Shown here: piece after piece, positions 14,919-24,183 of the stretch
Position numbering within the stretch: position 1 is the first letter of the stretch
Layout: each line of letters starts with the position of its first letter
IMG/VR virus record: IMGVR_UViG_3300032332_000777
Coordinates: 1 to 24,662 of that record
Reading direction: 5' to 3' (one strand)
DNA length: 24,662 bases
Source of the DNA: a virus
Lineage: Duplodnaviria > Caudoviricetes
Translations under genes and position numbers: made by a program
Notes under the pieces: model-generated
Told to the model about the DNA's origin: nothing
Seen by the model: only the letters and a program-made list of their open reading frames with translations
Databases searched by the model: none

Positions 14919-15860
14919 TTAATTATCCTTCTTCATATAATTTTCTAATATATTTTCATACTGTTCTAAAAAGGTATTAGGATTCCACATATCATAATAT
15001 TTTGAAATTGGTGCAAGTCCATGCTGTATTATTTCTTTGAGTGGAGTTATTTCCAAATTATTTCGATCGCATCTGATATGATCAAAAAAATTACTATTAT
15101 TCACGGCGATTGGTTTTCTAGCAGCTAACGCTTTATCTATACTACCACTAACTCCTTGGCTATCATAATTAGGATACACATAAACATTGACGTCATTTTT
15201 ATTCGCCCATCGAACATTTTCATAATCAGTAAACCGATCGGTTGTGTAATTAATAATAACATTTGATTTAGCTAATGATTTTAGAGCGTTTAATTTTTGT
15301 TGTAAAATATTTTTATTGTCTCTTGTGTAATCTCCTACACTCTGGTGTACATTAAATATCACTGGCTCGGTAAATTGAAGATTAATAAGTTGTAAAATGT
15401 ACTTTACATTCTTACTATCATCGCCTATACCCGTAGTACCTATTTTTAGTATTTCAGAAGGCGGAAAATATTGAATGTCGTCATAATAAACTATTGGTCT
15501 AAATCCTGCATAGAATTTAGGATCATCAAATTTCATTGATGGATTAACTGATATAAACGCATCAATCCCAGTAAAATCTATCATTTCAACATTAGCTGTA
15601 TGACCATGAATTAAAAATTGAGGGATTGATGTTTCTAAAAACACATCAGTAGTACACCATGGCATAGTAGTTTTATGCCAGTTATAAATTATACCATCTA
15701 CAAATTCTGTTTGTTCTTTAAACTCAGAGTAACTAGAAAGTTTTAAATGATAAAAATTATACTTTTTACTTTTCTTAAGGATCTCAAAAACATTTTCTCC
15801 CCAGTAAAAAATACCACAATTCGGTTTTGGTCCACTAACAATTGCGATATTTTTTATCAT
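14919..15860 (-). CDS. Divergent GT-B glycosyltransferase-like protein
   Basis: NCGIFYW N-terminus, VYVYP...GVSGSIDKALAARKPIAV; sugar-gene context. Confidence 0.6.
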   Translation of the reverse strand: MIKNIAIVSGPKPNCGIFYWGENVFEILKKSKKYNFYHLKLSSYSEFKEQTEFVDGIIYNWHKTTMPWCTTDVFLETSIPQFLIHGHTANVEMIDFTGIDAFISVNPSMKFDDPKFYAGFRPIVYYDDIQYFPPSEILKIGTTGIGDDSKNVKYILQLINLQFTEPVIFNVHQSVGDYTRDNKNILQQKLNALKSLAKSNVIINYTTDRFTDYENVRWANKNDVNVYVYPNYDSQGVSGSIDKALAARKPIAVNNSNFFDHIRCDRNNLEITPLKEIIQHGLAPISKYYDMWNPNTFLEQYENILENYMKKDN

Positions 15861-16492
15861 TTATCCCATCTTCCTGGTTCAAAATAATTAAACAGAGCAT
15901 AAATGTGTGGAGCATACGCAACATAATTTTGGTTTAATGCTTGTACAATAAACCTTCCATCGCCATCGATATCTAAAGTTAATCTAGGTGTTTTGAGCAT
16001 GTTACCTCTTATGAGGATTTGCTCGAGACCAACTGATCCAGGACGCATATTTTGCGGATTAGCGTATAATGTGCTAGTAGGATGATTTCTTGGCCAAGGA
16101 GTATTAGGAGGTATATGTTGACCCCTCAACATGCTTACCATTACAATATCAACGTTAGAACCATGTTGTTCTTTCGCTTGTTCAAATGAAACTTTAGCCT
16201 TACTGAAAAAATCTGACTCGTATCCATCATCATCATTTAAAAAACAATAAATTTCATCTTGGTTGATCTCTTGTGTATCTAAAAACCAATTTAGTGCGCT
16301 GTGACAACGTGCCCAAAATTCTGTATTTCCATTTGGAAATACGTAGCTTTTAATCCAGGGTTCAGTAAAATTTAAACTGAACCCTAAATCTTCGTCAGTA
16401 ATTACATGCCATGTAATTCCCATTGGAGCAAGATGATCTTTTAACATAGAAATGTTTTTTAATCTTCCTACTGAAGTGACTACATTAAACAT
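15857..16492 (-). CDS. GT-A (GT2-like) glycosyltransferase
   Basis: NVVTSVGR, WHVITD, YCFLNDDD, DGDGRF. Confidence 0.7.
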   Translation of the reverse strand: MFNVVTSVGRLKNISMLKDHLAPMGITWHVITDEDLGFSLNFTEPWIKSYVFPNGNTEFWARCHSALNWFLDTQEINQDEIYCFLNDDDGYESDFFSKAKVSFEQAKEQHGSNVDIVMVSMLRGQHIPPNTPWPRNHPTSTLYANPQNMRPGSVGLEQILIRGNMLKTPRLTLDIDGDGRFIVQALNQNYVAYAPHIYALFNYFEPGRWDK

Positions 16493-16496
16493 TCAA

Positions 16497-17720
16497 TTAT
16501 CCTATAATTTGAAATTCAGGGCATGGAACGACAAGCTTACCACCACCTGCGATAAACTCGCTCTCGCGCTTGACAAACTCATCAATAAAATGCCAAGGAA
16601 GAACAAGCAAATAATCAGGTTTCGCTGCTCTCATCTCTTCTTCGCTAACGATAGGAATATTCGTTCCAACCGTTTGTAATCCAAACTTATATGGGCTACG
16701 TTCTGCAATTGCCGTTAGCAAGTCCGGAGTAATACCAAACAACTGAAGCAAAGTATTACCCTTAGTGCTTGCACCATACCCATAAACCTTCTTGCCTTCA
16801 GCCTTAGCCTGATGAAGGAAATCTAATACCTGTTTCTTCAAACGATTAATGCTATCGCCAAAATTTACCCAAAGATCCGGATTGCTAATATTCCATACCA
16901 TAGACTCAAGCTCTAAGGTGCTTGCAATGCGATAATCACAAACGTCGCGTAGAGGAGCAGTACCAAACGTAGCCTTATCAGCAGAAGCCTTCTGGAAATA
17001 CACACGAAAACTGCCGCCATTAGTTTCGTTAAGACTGCAATCACGAAGTACAAAACCCTCAGATTCAAACAGCTTTTTGATGCTGCTAAGGCTGTAATAG
17101 TAAACATGTTCATGGCAGATGTTATCAAAAGCAAGCTGCTTAAGCATCAAAGGAGTATAACTCATCTGTACGACAAACACACCATCATCTGCGAGGATGT
17201 TATGCACATCGCGGATAAATGGACGTGGATTATCTAGATCATAAAACATAGCAATACAAGTAACTACCTTTGCCTTATAATCGCCATACCCTGTGCGTTG
17301 ATAAGCATCTGCTGAGAAAAAATCCTGTACTACAGCATTAGCAACTTTACGGCTTTCTTCATAATAAGAATCGTCAGCTGGATCAATTCCAAGCTTTACC
17401 ATATTGCCAGGAACTTGACGTAGTAGGGTTCCATCGTTACAAGCAATATCAAGCCAAATATCACTAGTCGAAATTTTAACACGACTAGTGATTTCAGCTA
17501 CAATTTCTCCAAGCTGTTTAGTCATACTAGCATTAATACCACTGCGATACCAGTATTGCCCATACATCTTATCTAACGGAGCAACTCCGTCTAACCTTAC
17601 TGCACCAATTTCTTCATCGAGATATAGATCTAAACTCCATGGTTTAGTTTCACGCATCTCTGCATCTGGCTTCATAAAATCACTAACATAATGATCGCCT
17701 AATTCAAGTATCTTCTTCAT
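16497..17720 (-). CDS. NDP-hexose C-methyltransferase (C3-methyltransferase family)
   Basis: LDIACNDGTLL, GIDP, FDNICHEHVYYYS, NGGSFR, GYGASTKGNTLL, LVLPWHF, VVPCP. Confidence 0.9.
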   Translation of the reverse strand: MKKILELGDHYVSDFMKPDAEMRETKPWSLDLYLDEEIGAVRLDGVAPLDKMYGQYWYRSGINASMTKQLGEIVAEITSRVKISTSDIWLDIACNDGTLLRQVPGNMVKLGIDPADDSYYEESRKVANAVVQDFFSADAYQRTGYGDYKAKVVTCIAMFYDLDNPRPFIRDVHNILADDGVFVVQMSYTPLMLKQLAFDNICHEHVYYYSLSSIKKLFESEGFVLRDCSLNETNGGSFRVYFQKASADKATFGTAPLRDVCDYRIASTLELESMVWNISNPDLWVNFGDSINRLKKQVLDFLHQAKAEGKKVYGYGASTKGNTLLQLFGITPDLLTAIAERSPYKFGLQTVGTNIPIVSEEEMRAAKPDYLLVLPWHFIDEFVKRESEFIAGGGKLVVPCPEFQIIG

Positions 17721-17732
17721 AAAATATATCCT

Positions 17733-18758
17733 TTAAAAGTTATTGTTTTTAGCCAATTCCATATCTGATTTACACATATCGTTTACCAAATCTTGGAGTG
17801 TAAATTCAGGTTTCCAACCTAGTATATTTCTTGCTTTTGTAGAATCACCACAAAGATTAACTACATCTACAGGTCGGTAAAATTCAGGATTAACACGAAT
17901 AATTATTTCTCCAGTTGCTGCATTACGAGCAACTTCGTTAAGACCTTCGCCTTCCCATTTCAAACTAATATTAAAATATTCAGCTGTATAATTACAAAAC
18001 TCACGAATACTAGTTTGATGCCCTGCAGATATTACATAGTCATCTGGTTTATCTTGCTGGAGCATCATCCACATAGATCTAACATAATCTTTAGCATGAC
18101 CCCAGTCACGCAAACTATTCATGTTTCCAAGTTCAAGAACTTTTTGTTTTCCTAAAACAATATTAGCAAACGCTTGTGTAATTTTTCGAGTTACAAATAA
18201 CTCACCACGACGTGGGCTTTCATGATTGAATAGAATTCCATTACATCCAAAAATACCATAACTTTCGCGATAATTTACAGTAATCCAATAAGCATAGAGT
18301 TTTGCGACACTATAAGGACTACCTGGATAAAAAGGAGTATTTTCATTTTGAGGCATGTGTGGAGTTATACCAAACATTTCACTTGTGCTTGCTTGATAAA
18401 ACTTAGTATCGTTTTCTATCTTCAAAGCATGAATGCTATCGAGTATTCTCAATGACCCAAGAGCGTTAATGTCTCCTGTAGATTCAGGCATTTCGAAACT
18501 AATTTTGACATGACTTTGTGCTGCCAAATTATAAATTTCAGTTGGCTTAACCTTATCAATTAAGTTTCGAATATTATTATTATCGCTCAAATCGCCATGA
18601 TGAAATGCGACTCTGTTACGAATATTAACAGTATTAGGATGAACGTAATTAGAACTTCTACGAATTAGACCATGAACTTCATACCCTTTGTCTAAAAGGA
18701 ACTCAGCAAGATAACTACCATCTTGTCCTGCAATACCTGTAATTAAAGCTTTCTTCAT
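17733..18758 (-). CDS. gmd: GDP-mannose 4,6-dehydratase
   Basis: ALITGIAGQDGSYL, NLAAQSHV, YQASTSEMFG, SPYSVAK, FNHESPRRG, RDWGHAKDYV. Confidence 0.97.
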   Translation of the reverse strand: MKKALITGIAGQDGSYLAEFLLDKGYEVHGLIRRSSNYVHPNTVNIRNRVAFHHGDLSDNNNIRNLIDKVKPTEIYNLAAQSHVKISFEMPESTGDINALGSLRILDSIHALKIENDTKFYQASTSEMFGITPHMPQNENTPFYPGSPYSVAKLYAYWITVNYRESYGIFGCNGILFNHESPRRGELFVTRKITQAFANIVLGKQKVLELGNMNSLRDWGHAKDYVRSMWMMLQQDKPDDYVISAGHQTSIREFCNYTAEYFNISLKWEGEGLNEVARNAATGEIIIRVNPEFYRPVDVVNLCGDSTKARNILGWKPEFTLQDLVNDMCKSDMELAKNNNF

Positions 18759-18958
18759 TGCTTAACTCCCATAAGACAAATTGCTTCACTACCACGAATA
18801 GGAATAAACGAACCACCAGCGGTAGTGCACTTATCCATTGACGCATAATATCTTTGATTTGTATCAGTAGTTCCATGATAAATTGCGATTAAGATACCTA
18901 AAATAATTACTGTCCCGCATGTCCAACCAATGAACCAGTCCCATTCAAATCTACCCAT
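18755..18958 (-). CDS. Small membrane-anchored hypothetical protein
   Basis: N-terminal hydrophobic helix and a C-terminal Cys pair; overlaps both neighbours. Confidence 0.7.
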   Translation of the reverse strand: MGRFEWDWFIGWTCGTVIILGILIAIYHGTTDTNQRYYASMDKCTTAGGSFIPIRGSEAICLMGVKQ

Positions 18959-19487
18959 TAATCCACTCCGGAGGTTGCCTGTTAGTCCACTTATGAAGAC
19001 TTGATTTACCTATTCTATAATAATTGCGGTAGTTAGTCAAGGGATCTTCTGAAATAATATACTCTTCTACCATGCATGAAGGCATAGGAGTCCAATCCCA
19101 TTCTTTAAGGTTTTTCGGTGGCGACTGAAGTTGATACGAAAGTTCACCATAACACTTATGCGTTTTACCATAGCGATGAGTGTATTCGTTCATAAGAGCA
19201 AACATATGGTCAACAAGCCAGTCATAATTTTGTACAGACTGACGACACCAAACAGCTGATGGATGATTAATATGAGTAGCAGCATACATTACACCTTCGC
19301 GTGCATCAGGTAGTATGTAAGAAGTATGTTTACGATCGTTAACCTTTCCAATATATTTTTCGCCATCTAATACTCGATGGGCTGTTGAGAGCAACTGGGC
19401 GCTCTCAAGAATCATTTTTACTACATGTTTATCAACTAAGCATTGAGCTGCAGTATTAGGATCTGTATCAACGTAAAAGATGTTCAC
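18951..19487 (-). CDS. Pyrimidine dimer DNA glycosylase/DenV-related phage protein
   Basis: NIFYVD...DKHVVKMILESAQLLSTAH, THINHPSAVW, EYTHRYGKTH, YRNYY; GTG start at 19487 after GGAG. Confidence 0.7.
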   Translation of the reverse strand: MNIFYVDTDPNTAAQCLVDKHVVKMILESAQLLSTAHRVLDGEKYIGKVNDRKHTSYILPDAREGVMYAATHINHPSAVWCRQSVQNYDWLVDHMFALMNEYTHRYGKTHKCYGELSYQLQSPPKNLKEWDWTPMPSCMVEEYIISEDPLTNYRNYYRIGKSSLHKWTNRQPPEWING

Positions 19488-20004
19488 CGAAATCTCCAAT
19501 AGGATTAATCTTAATAGATGAGAAGTCTCCTCGTTTCCACTTCTTCATTGCTATTTCTTTATGATACCTGTTTGCTCTATTAAAGTAAAGCACTCCGTTC
19601 ATATGATCCATCTCGTGAAGAAACACACGAGCTGTAATTCCTTCAAAAGCTCCTGTTTTCGTGTCGCCGTTAGGCAAATTAAATCGAACACGAATCGACT
19701 TTGGGCGCTTTACTTTTACGACCAAACCAGGAAATGAAAGACACCCTTCTTCAAGAATATCTTCTTCATCAGACATATTGACAATTTTTGGATTATAACA
19801 TACAAAATTTTCAGGAGAACCACGCATTGAAAATACGCTATATGGTACACCGATCTGATTTGCTGCTAAACCAAGACCATTTTTTTCGTACATAAATTTG
19901 ACGAGGTCTTTTGCAAACTCAATCGGTTCGAATGGCGGATCCTGAAAGTTGAATGGTTGACACATGGTCGTCAGAATCGGATCGTTGCTCTTCACTAGTT
20001 CCAT
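19468..20004 (-). CDS. def: Peptide deformylase
   Basis: GLGLAANQIG, EGCLSFPG, HEMDH motifs. Confidence 0.96.
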   Translation of the reverse strand: MELVKSNDPILTTMCQPFNFQDPPFEPIEFAKDLVKFMYEKNGLGLAANQIGVPYSVFSMRGSPENFVCYNPKIVNMSDEEDILEEGCLSFPGLVVKVKRPKSIRVRFNLPNGDTKTGAFEGITARVFLHEMDHMNGVLYFNRANRYHKEIAMKKWKRGDFSSIKINPIGDFGEHLLR

Positions 20005-20155
20005 TTACTTTTTCCTTTAGGCTATATGTGCCATCTTCATTATCAATCCAAAATAATTCTGTGCCTTCAATCCATCCCATCTGAGATAAAAGATCGGGTG
20101 GGATAATCATCACCAGATCACCAGTTTCTGGGTCTTGTTCTAGTTGCGTAATCAT
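19919..20155 (-). CDS. AbrB/MazE-like swapped-hairpin protein
   Basis: GDLVMIIPPDLLSQMGWIEGTELFW pattern. Confidence 0.6.
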   Translation of the reverse strand: MITQLEQDPETGDLVMIIPPDLLSQMGWIEGTELFWIDNEDGTYSLKEKVNGTSEEQRSDSDDHVSTIQLSGSAIRTD

Positions 20156-20832
20156 TTCTTTATATAAGTCCTGTTTAACATAGTGTGATTTTCGTCAGTT
20201 GGACCCCAGTCGCCGTCTGGGTGATATGCGATTACTTTCATACTTTTATCTTTTGTTACAAAACGATGAAGCTCATGTTCTTCAAGACAAAAGAAAGTAC
20301 CTGGGGTAAGCGGTACGACATATTCTGCATGCGAAATACCTTCACCATCAATAACGCAACCAATGCGTAGACTCGGATGCGTGTGAAACGACTGATTGGT
20401 ATTTGGTGGGAAAAACAAATAATTCAACGTTGGATCACCAAGGCGAGGCGGATAAACCATCAGAGAGTCAGAACAGCCGTCAATATACGACAACTTACCA
20501 GTACGTGTAACATCTTGTTTTCCGATAAGTTCATGACCAATAAACCCAAGGCGAAATACTGCAAACAAACAAGATGGCTGATCTTCGTGTGTTATGTGAA
20601 CACATTTATTTCTAACAGGGATAGAAAAATACTGGTTTGGCTTTAGATGATAAACGTCAGCCCCAACAACAACCTTGCAATCACCTAGCGAGAAGCCAAA
20701 CATAGTCGCCCAGCCAATTTGGTCGTTATCAATTTTATGATATGTATTTGTCATAACAGCATATGTCGGGTACATGCTGTCACGCTTGTCGATAACGTCT
20801 GCTCTAACTTTATTATTGGGGAATACGATCAT
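20152..20832 (-). CDS. Cupin (RmlC-like) domain protein
   Basis: QSFHTHPS...GCVIDGEG...ELHRF metal-binding cupin motifs. Confidence 0.75.
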   Translation of the reverse strand: MIVFPNNKVRADVIDKRDSMYPTYAVMTNTYHKIDNDQIGWATMFGFSLGDCKVVVGADVYHLKPNQYFSIPVRNKCVHITHEDQPSCLFAVFRLGFIGHELIGKQDVTRTGKLSYIDGCSDSLMVYPPRLGDPTLNYLFFPPNTNQSFHTHPSLRIGCVIDGEGISHAEYVVPLTPGTFFCLEEHELHRFVTKDKSMKVIAYHPDGDWGPTDENHTMLNRTYIKK

Positions 20833-20841
20833 TTTAAATCC

Positions 20842-21453
20842 TCACAGTGCATATTTTTTATAAATTTCATTAATGATTTCATCTGCTTTTTCAATATTAC
20901 CATTTTTCAAACAGTTATCCATATCAAGTGTTCTGTATCTAATAAAAGCTAGTATTTCAGATGCATCTGAATATTTGAGTCTGATATATTCTACTAATGT
21001 TTCAATCGTTGAAAATCTAGAACATTCAAATTCCGCCTTTAACAACGATCCGACTTTTCCTTCACGAGTGTATTCTTCAATTTGTTGCATCAAAATTCTA
21101 TTATATATATCTTCATCTGCAGTTCGTTTAATTATAGCATACTTCAAAACATTAACAGCAGCTTCAAATTTTTCCATATATTGGATTTTCACATTAAGTG
21201 TTTTTAGCTTAATTAAAACAGCTTCGTCTAATTCGCCTTTTGGAATATAAAATTCTTCGGTAGATTTAGATCTAGAAAAATTATATTTAAACAACAATTC
21301 TGAAATTGGAATATCGGGTATGTAATTTGTTGAATACGTGTTTACTCCAGGAAATCGAACTATGTTATATGGTCTTTTAGTTTTGACAATACGTGCAATT
21401 CTTTCATAAGAAGTGTAAATGTAATAATCAAAGTCTAAATCTATCTTTTCCAT
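20842..21453 (-). CDS. Hypothetical protein (AT-rich gene)
   Basis: 203-aa ORF overlapping the upstream PP-loop gene; no motif recognised. Confidence 0.7.
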   Translation of the reverse strand: MEKIDLDFDYYIYTSYERIARIVKTKRPYNIVRFPGVNTYSTNYIPDIPISELLFKYNFSRSKSTEEFYIPKGELDEAVLIKLKTLNVKIQYMEKFEAAVNVLKYAIIKRTADEDIYNRILMQQIEEYTREGKVGSLLKAEFECSRFSTIETLVEYIRLKYSDASEILAFIRYRTLDMDNCLKNGNIEKADEIINEIYKKYAL

Positions 21454-22477
21454 TTACAAACTCCATAGCTTCATCGGCGCTGATATAATTTAAATTATCG
21501 TCAATAGCATCATAAAATCCTTTGTTTGACCAAAGCATTCTAAGACTACCCTTCTTTGGCTTCTTCAAATAGTTTGTATAGCCAGTATGTTTTACGATAA
21601 ATTCTTTTGCCGTCATTTTGTAAGATAAAATATTGTCTTGTATTTTTTTATCATGATTGTCTAAACTCCAGCGCTGCCAGTCAGGAGTATCAAAGAAATG
21701 ATGTATCTTAGGAAATGTATCTCTTGGATTTTCCCATTGTTTATATGACAAAAGTCTGTATTTTACATGCTGCCATTTGTTGGTAAAATTGAACCACCAA
21801 GCCCAGTCGAAACAACTTTTGATAGGGAATGGACAGGCTACAGTAGTTTCTCTATAAATTTCTATGAATTTTTTCGATACAGATTCACCAAACATTGAGT
21901 CATATACAGCTGGCATTTTTTCTTCCCAGCTTTGATGAATTCCTTCGTTACCATAAGCTTTGACTACTTTTTTAATCAAATCAGAACCAAATATCTGATC
22001 GCCATGCTCGCCTGTGATAACATATCCATCTCCACAAGCTTTCTCGACATGCAAATAAGAAGTAGTAATTCTACCCTGAAACTTCTCAACAATCAAGTCC
22101 CACATTTCTGGAAATTCGGAAATGCTTTGCGTAGAAGCAAGAATATGTACACGCTTCAATTCTTCATCTGACCAAGAGAGAATAAACGCTGTAACTGCAG
22201 TAGTAGAATCTACACCACCGCTGTACATAATATAAATTTTACCATCTAGCTTTTTGAGAGCTTCTGCTGTTTCAATTGCCATCTCTTCATACGTTTTCGT
22301 ATTTGTAGGCATCTGATGTATCTGATAAAACGTTTCACAACCCATCGTAACGTTAAAAGGATCTAATCCTTGCATAACTCTATTGACTGATTGTGTGTAC
22401 GGATACACGGGAGGGCACCATGGTCCCAACTCAAGTTTATTATTGTCAAATGGTTTGGTATAAAGCAGTAATCCCAT
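21428..22477 (-). CDS. PP-loop (adenine nucleotide alpha-hydrolase) protein, asparagine synthetase-like
   Basis: YSGGVDST PP-loop and VITGEHGDQIFG; TAATG overlap with gp46. Confidence 0.75.
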   Translation of the reverse strand: MGLLLYTKPFDNNKLELGPWCPPVYPYTQSVNRVMQGLDPFNVTMGCETFYQIHQMPTNTKTYEEMAIETAEALKKLDGKIYIMYSGGVDSTTAVTAFILSWSDEELKRVHILASTQSISEFPEMWDLIVEKFQGRITTSYLHVEKACGDGYVITGEHGDQIFGSDLIKKVVKAYGNEGIHQSWEEKMPAVYDSMFGESVSKKFIEIYRETTVACPFPIKSCFDWAWWFNFTNKWQHVKYRLLSYKQWENPRDTFPKIHHFFDTPDWQRWSLDNHDKKIQDNILSYKMTAKEFIVKHTGYTNYLKKPKKGSLRMLWSNKGFYDAIDDNLNYISADEAMEFVNGKDRFRL

Positions 22478-24183
22478 TATGCAACCTTACTGAAGTTTTT
22501 ATGCTTCTCAAATTTGATTACGTTCGTAAATTTATCATATAGCTGATCAGTTTTATGACTGATAATAAACGTATTGGTGTCAGCTGTCAGGTTATTTAGT
22601 ACCTTCATAAACTCTTCTGTACCGTTTGAATCTAAAGAAGAATCGAATACCTCATCCATAATGAGTAGATTAGTACTAACTGAATTGCGAAGTTTAGCAA
22701 CAGAGCGCCAAGTAAACAGGATCGCAAGGTTAATACGCATTTTCTCGCCTTCAGAAAACGAGGCGTAAGAAAACTCATCTCTGAATCGAGACTTAATTTT
22801 CTCGTTGAACTCTTCATCAAGTTCGAACTGAACAAAGAAATCCATAGCAGAAAGATATTTACCAATGAGCTTATTAATAACAGGAACATATTGCTTGATA
22901 ATCCTCGCCTTGATACCACCATCTTTTAACAACATAGCAGCTGCTGCATAAATTTGCTTTTGGTCCATAGAATCATTATAACGAGAAGCAACCAAATTCA
23001 ATTCAGTTTCTAGCTCTGTCATTTTATCATCTTCATCAGCTTCATGCGAAACGTTTATCTGATTGATTTCTTTCATCAGCTGTTCGCGATATTTAACTAA
23101 AGATTCTGCGTTAGAGCGTATTTTAATTTGCTGCATTTGTAATGTTTGCACGTTCGCATGCACCTCTATCATCTCATTGAGACGTGCATTAGTTTCATCA
23201 TACTGTTTGACTAGATCTACAAGGGCAATATCAATACTTTCAACTTCATTATTTTTAGTCAAAAGTGTTTTTTCGCGAAATTCAGAACTGATTCTTTGGG
23301 TGCAAGTAGGACAGTTCTCATGCTTCTTAAAAAAGTTAATATCGTTATCAAGCACGGCACGTTTAGCTTCTATCTTATGCCTAAGTTGCGACAGCTGATT
23401 GATACGCTTGCTAATCTTAGGCTCATCTTCAATACTAGTTTTTAGAGCAGCTATTTGCGCAATTACGCTATCATATTGCTCGTTAAGAGCAATAATTTTC
23501 TCATCTGTCTCTTCAATAACGTTAACTTTCTCAGTAACAAGTTTCTCGTTGTTGTTTTGTTTCTCAAGCAAATGCTCTTTGATAATCTTTATCTTTTCCA
23601 TCACAACTTTTTGATCAGCATTTACTTCGCTAAGTTCTTCGTTGTTAGTTTGAATCTTATCTTTCAACAAAGAGTTCATAGTCGTAAATATCTGAAGGTC
23701 AAGAAGGTCTTCAATAATTTCTCTACGCTGACCGGAAGACAACTGCATAAATGGCTGAAAGGTCGCCGATCCAAGAACGACAACTTGACAAAACGACTTG
23801 AGGTTTAACTTGAGGATTTGTTTCTCAAGAATCTCTTGATAATCTTTCATCTCGGCAGATTGGTTAAGAAGAATATTGTTTTGGTATACTTCAAAAACAT
23901 TAGGCTTGATACCACGAATAATTTTGTACTGGTTCGAACCAATATCAAATTCGATCTCAACAACAAGATCTTTCTTCGTAATCGTATTAAGCAGCTGTGG
24001 CTTGTTGATTTTACGAAATGGTTTACCGAACAATGCAAATGACAAAGCGTCGAGAATGGTAGACTTTCCAGCCCCATTCTCGCCGACAATAAGTGTGTTG
24101 TTTGATTTAGCTAAATCTATCTCTGTAAAAATATTACCAGTTGAGAGTAGATTTTTCCAACGAAGTGTTTTGAAAAATATCAT
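22477..24183 (-). CDS. gp46: Recombination nuclease ATPase subunit (gp46, Rad50/SbcC-like)
   Basis: GENGAGKS, CPTC zinc hook in coiled coil, FSEGE signature, LLIMDEVFDSSLD, ISH. Confidence 0.97.
   Translation of the reverse strand: MIFFKTLRWKNLLSTGNIFTEIDLAKSNNTLIVGENGAGKSTILDALSFALFGKPFRKINKPQLLNTITKKDLVVEIEFDIGSNQYKIIRGIKPNVFEVYQNNILLNQSAEMKDYQEILEKQILKLNLKSFCQVVVLGSATFQPFMQLSSGQRREIIEDLLDLQIFTTMNSLLKDKIQTNNEELSEVNADQKVVMEKIKIIKEHLLEKQNNNEKLVTEKVNVIEETDEKIIALNEQYDSVIAQIAALKTSIEDEPKISKRINQLSQLRHKIEAKRAVLDNDINFFKKHENCPTCTQRISSEFREKTLLTKNNEVESIDIALVDLVKQYDETNARLNEMIEVHANVQTLQMQQIKIRSNAESLVKYREQLMKEINQINVSHEADEDDKMTELETELNLVASRYNDSMDQKQIYAAAAMLLKDGGIKARIIKQYVPVINKLIGKYLSAMDFFVQFELDEEFNEKIKSRFRDEFSYASFSEGEKMRINLAILFTWRSVAKLRNSVSTNLLIMDEVFDSSLDSNGTEEFMKVLNNLTADTNTFIISHKTDQLYDKFTNVIKFEKHKNFSKVA

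Noticed and set aside
14332-18758. Host O-antigen locus contamination or chimeric assembly
   Set aside because: Same strand and tightly joined to phage genes on both sides (ATGA overlap at 18755-18758, 1-nt gap at 14331); no wzx/wzy or mobile-element ends
21428-22477. QueC and a 7-deazaguanine pathway
   Set aside because: No QueC C-terminal zinc cysteine cluster, and no folE, queD, queE or dpdA in the window
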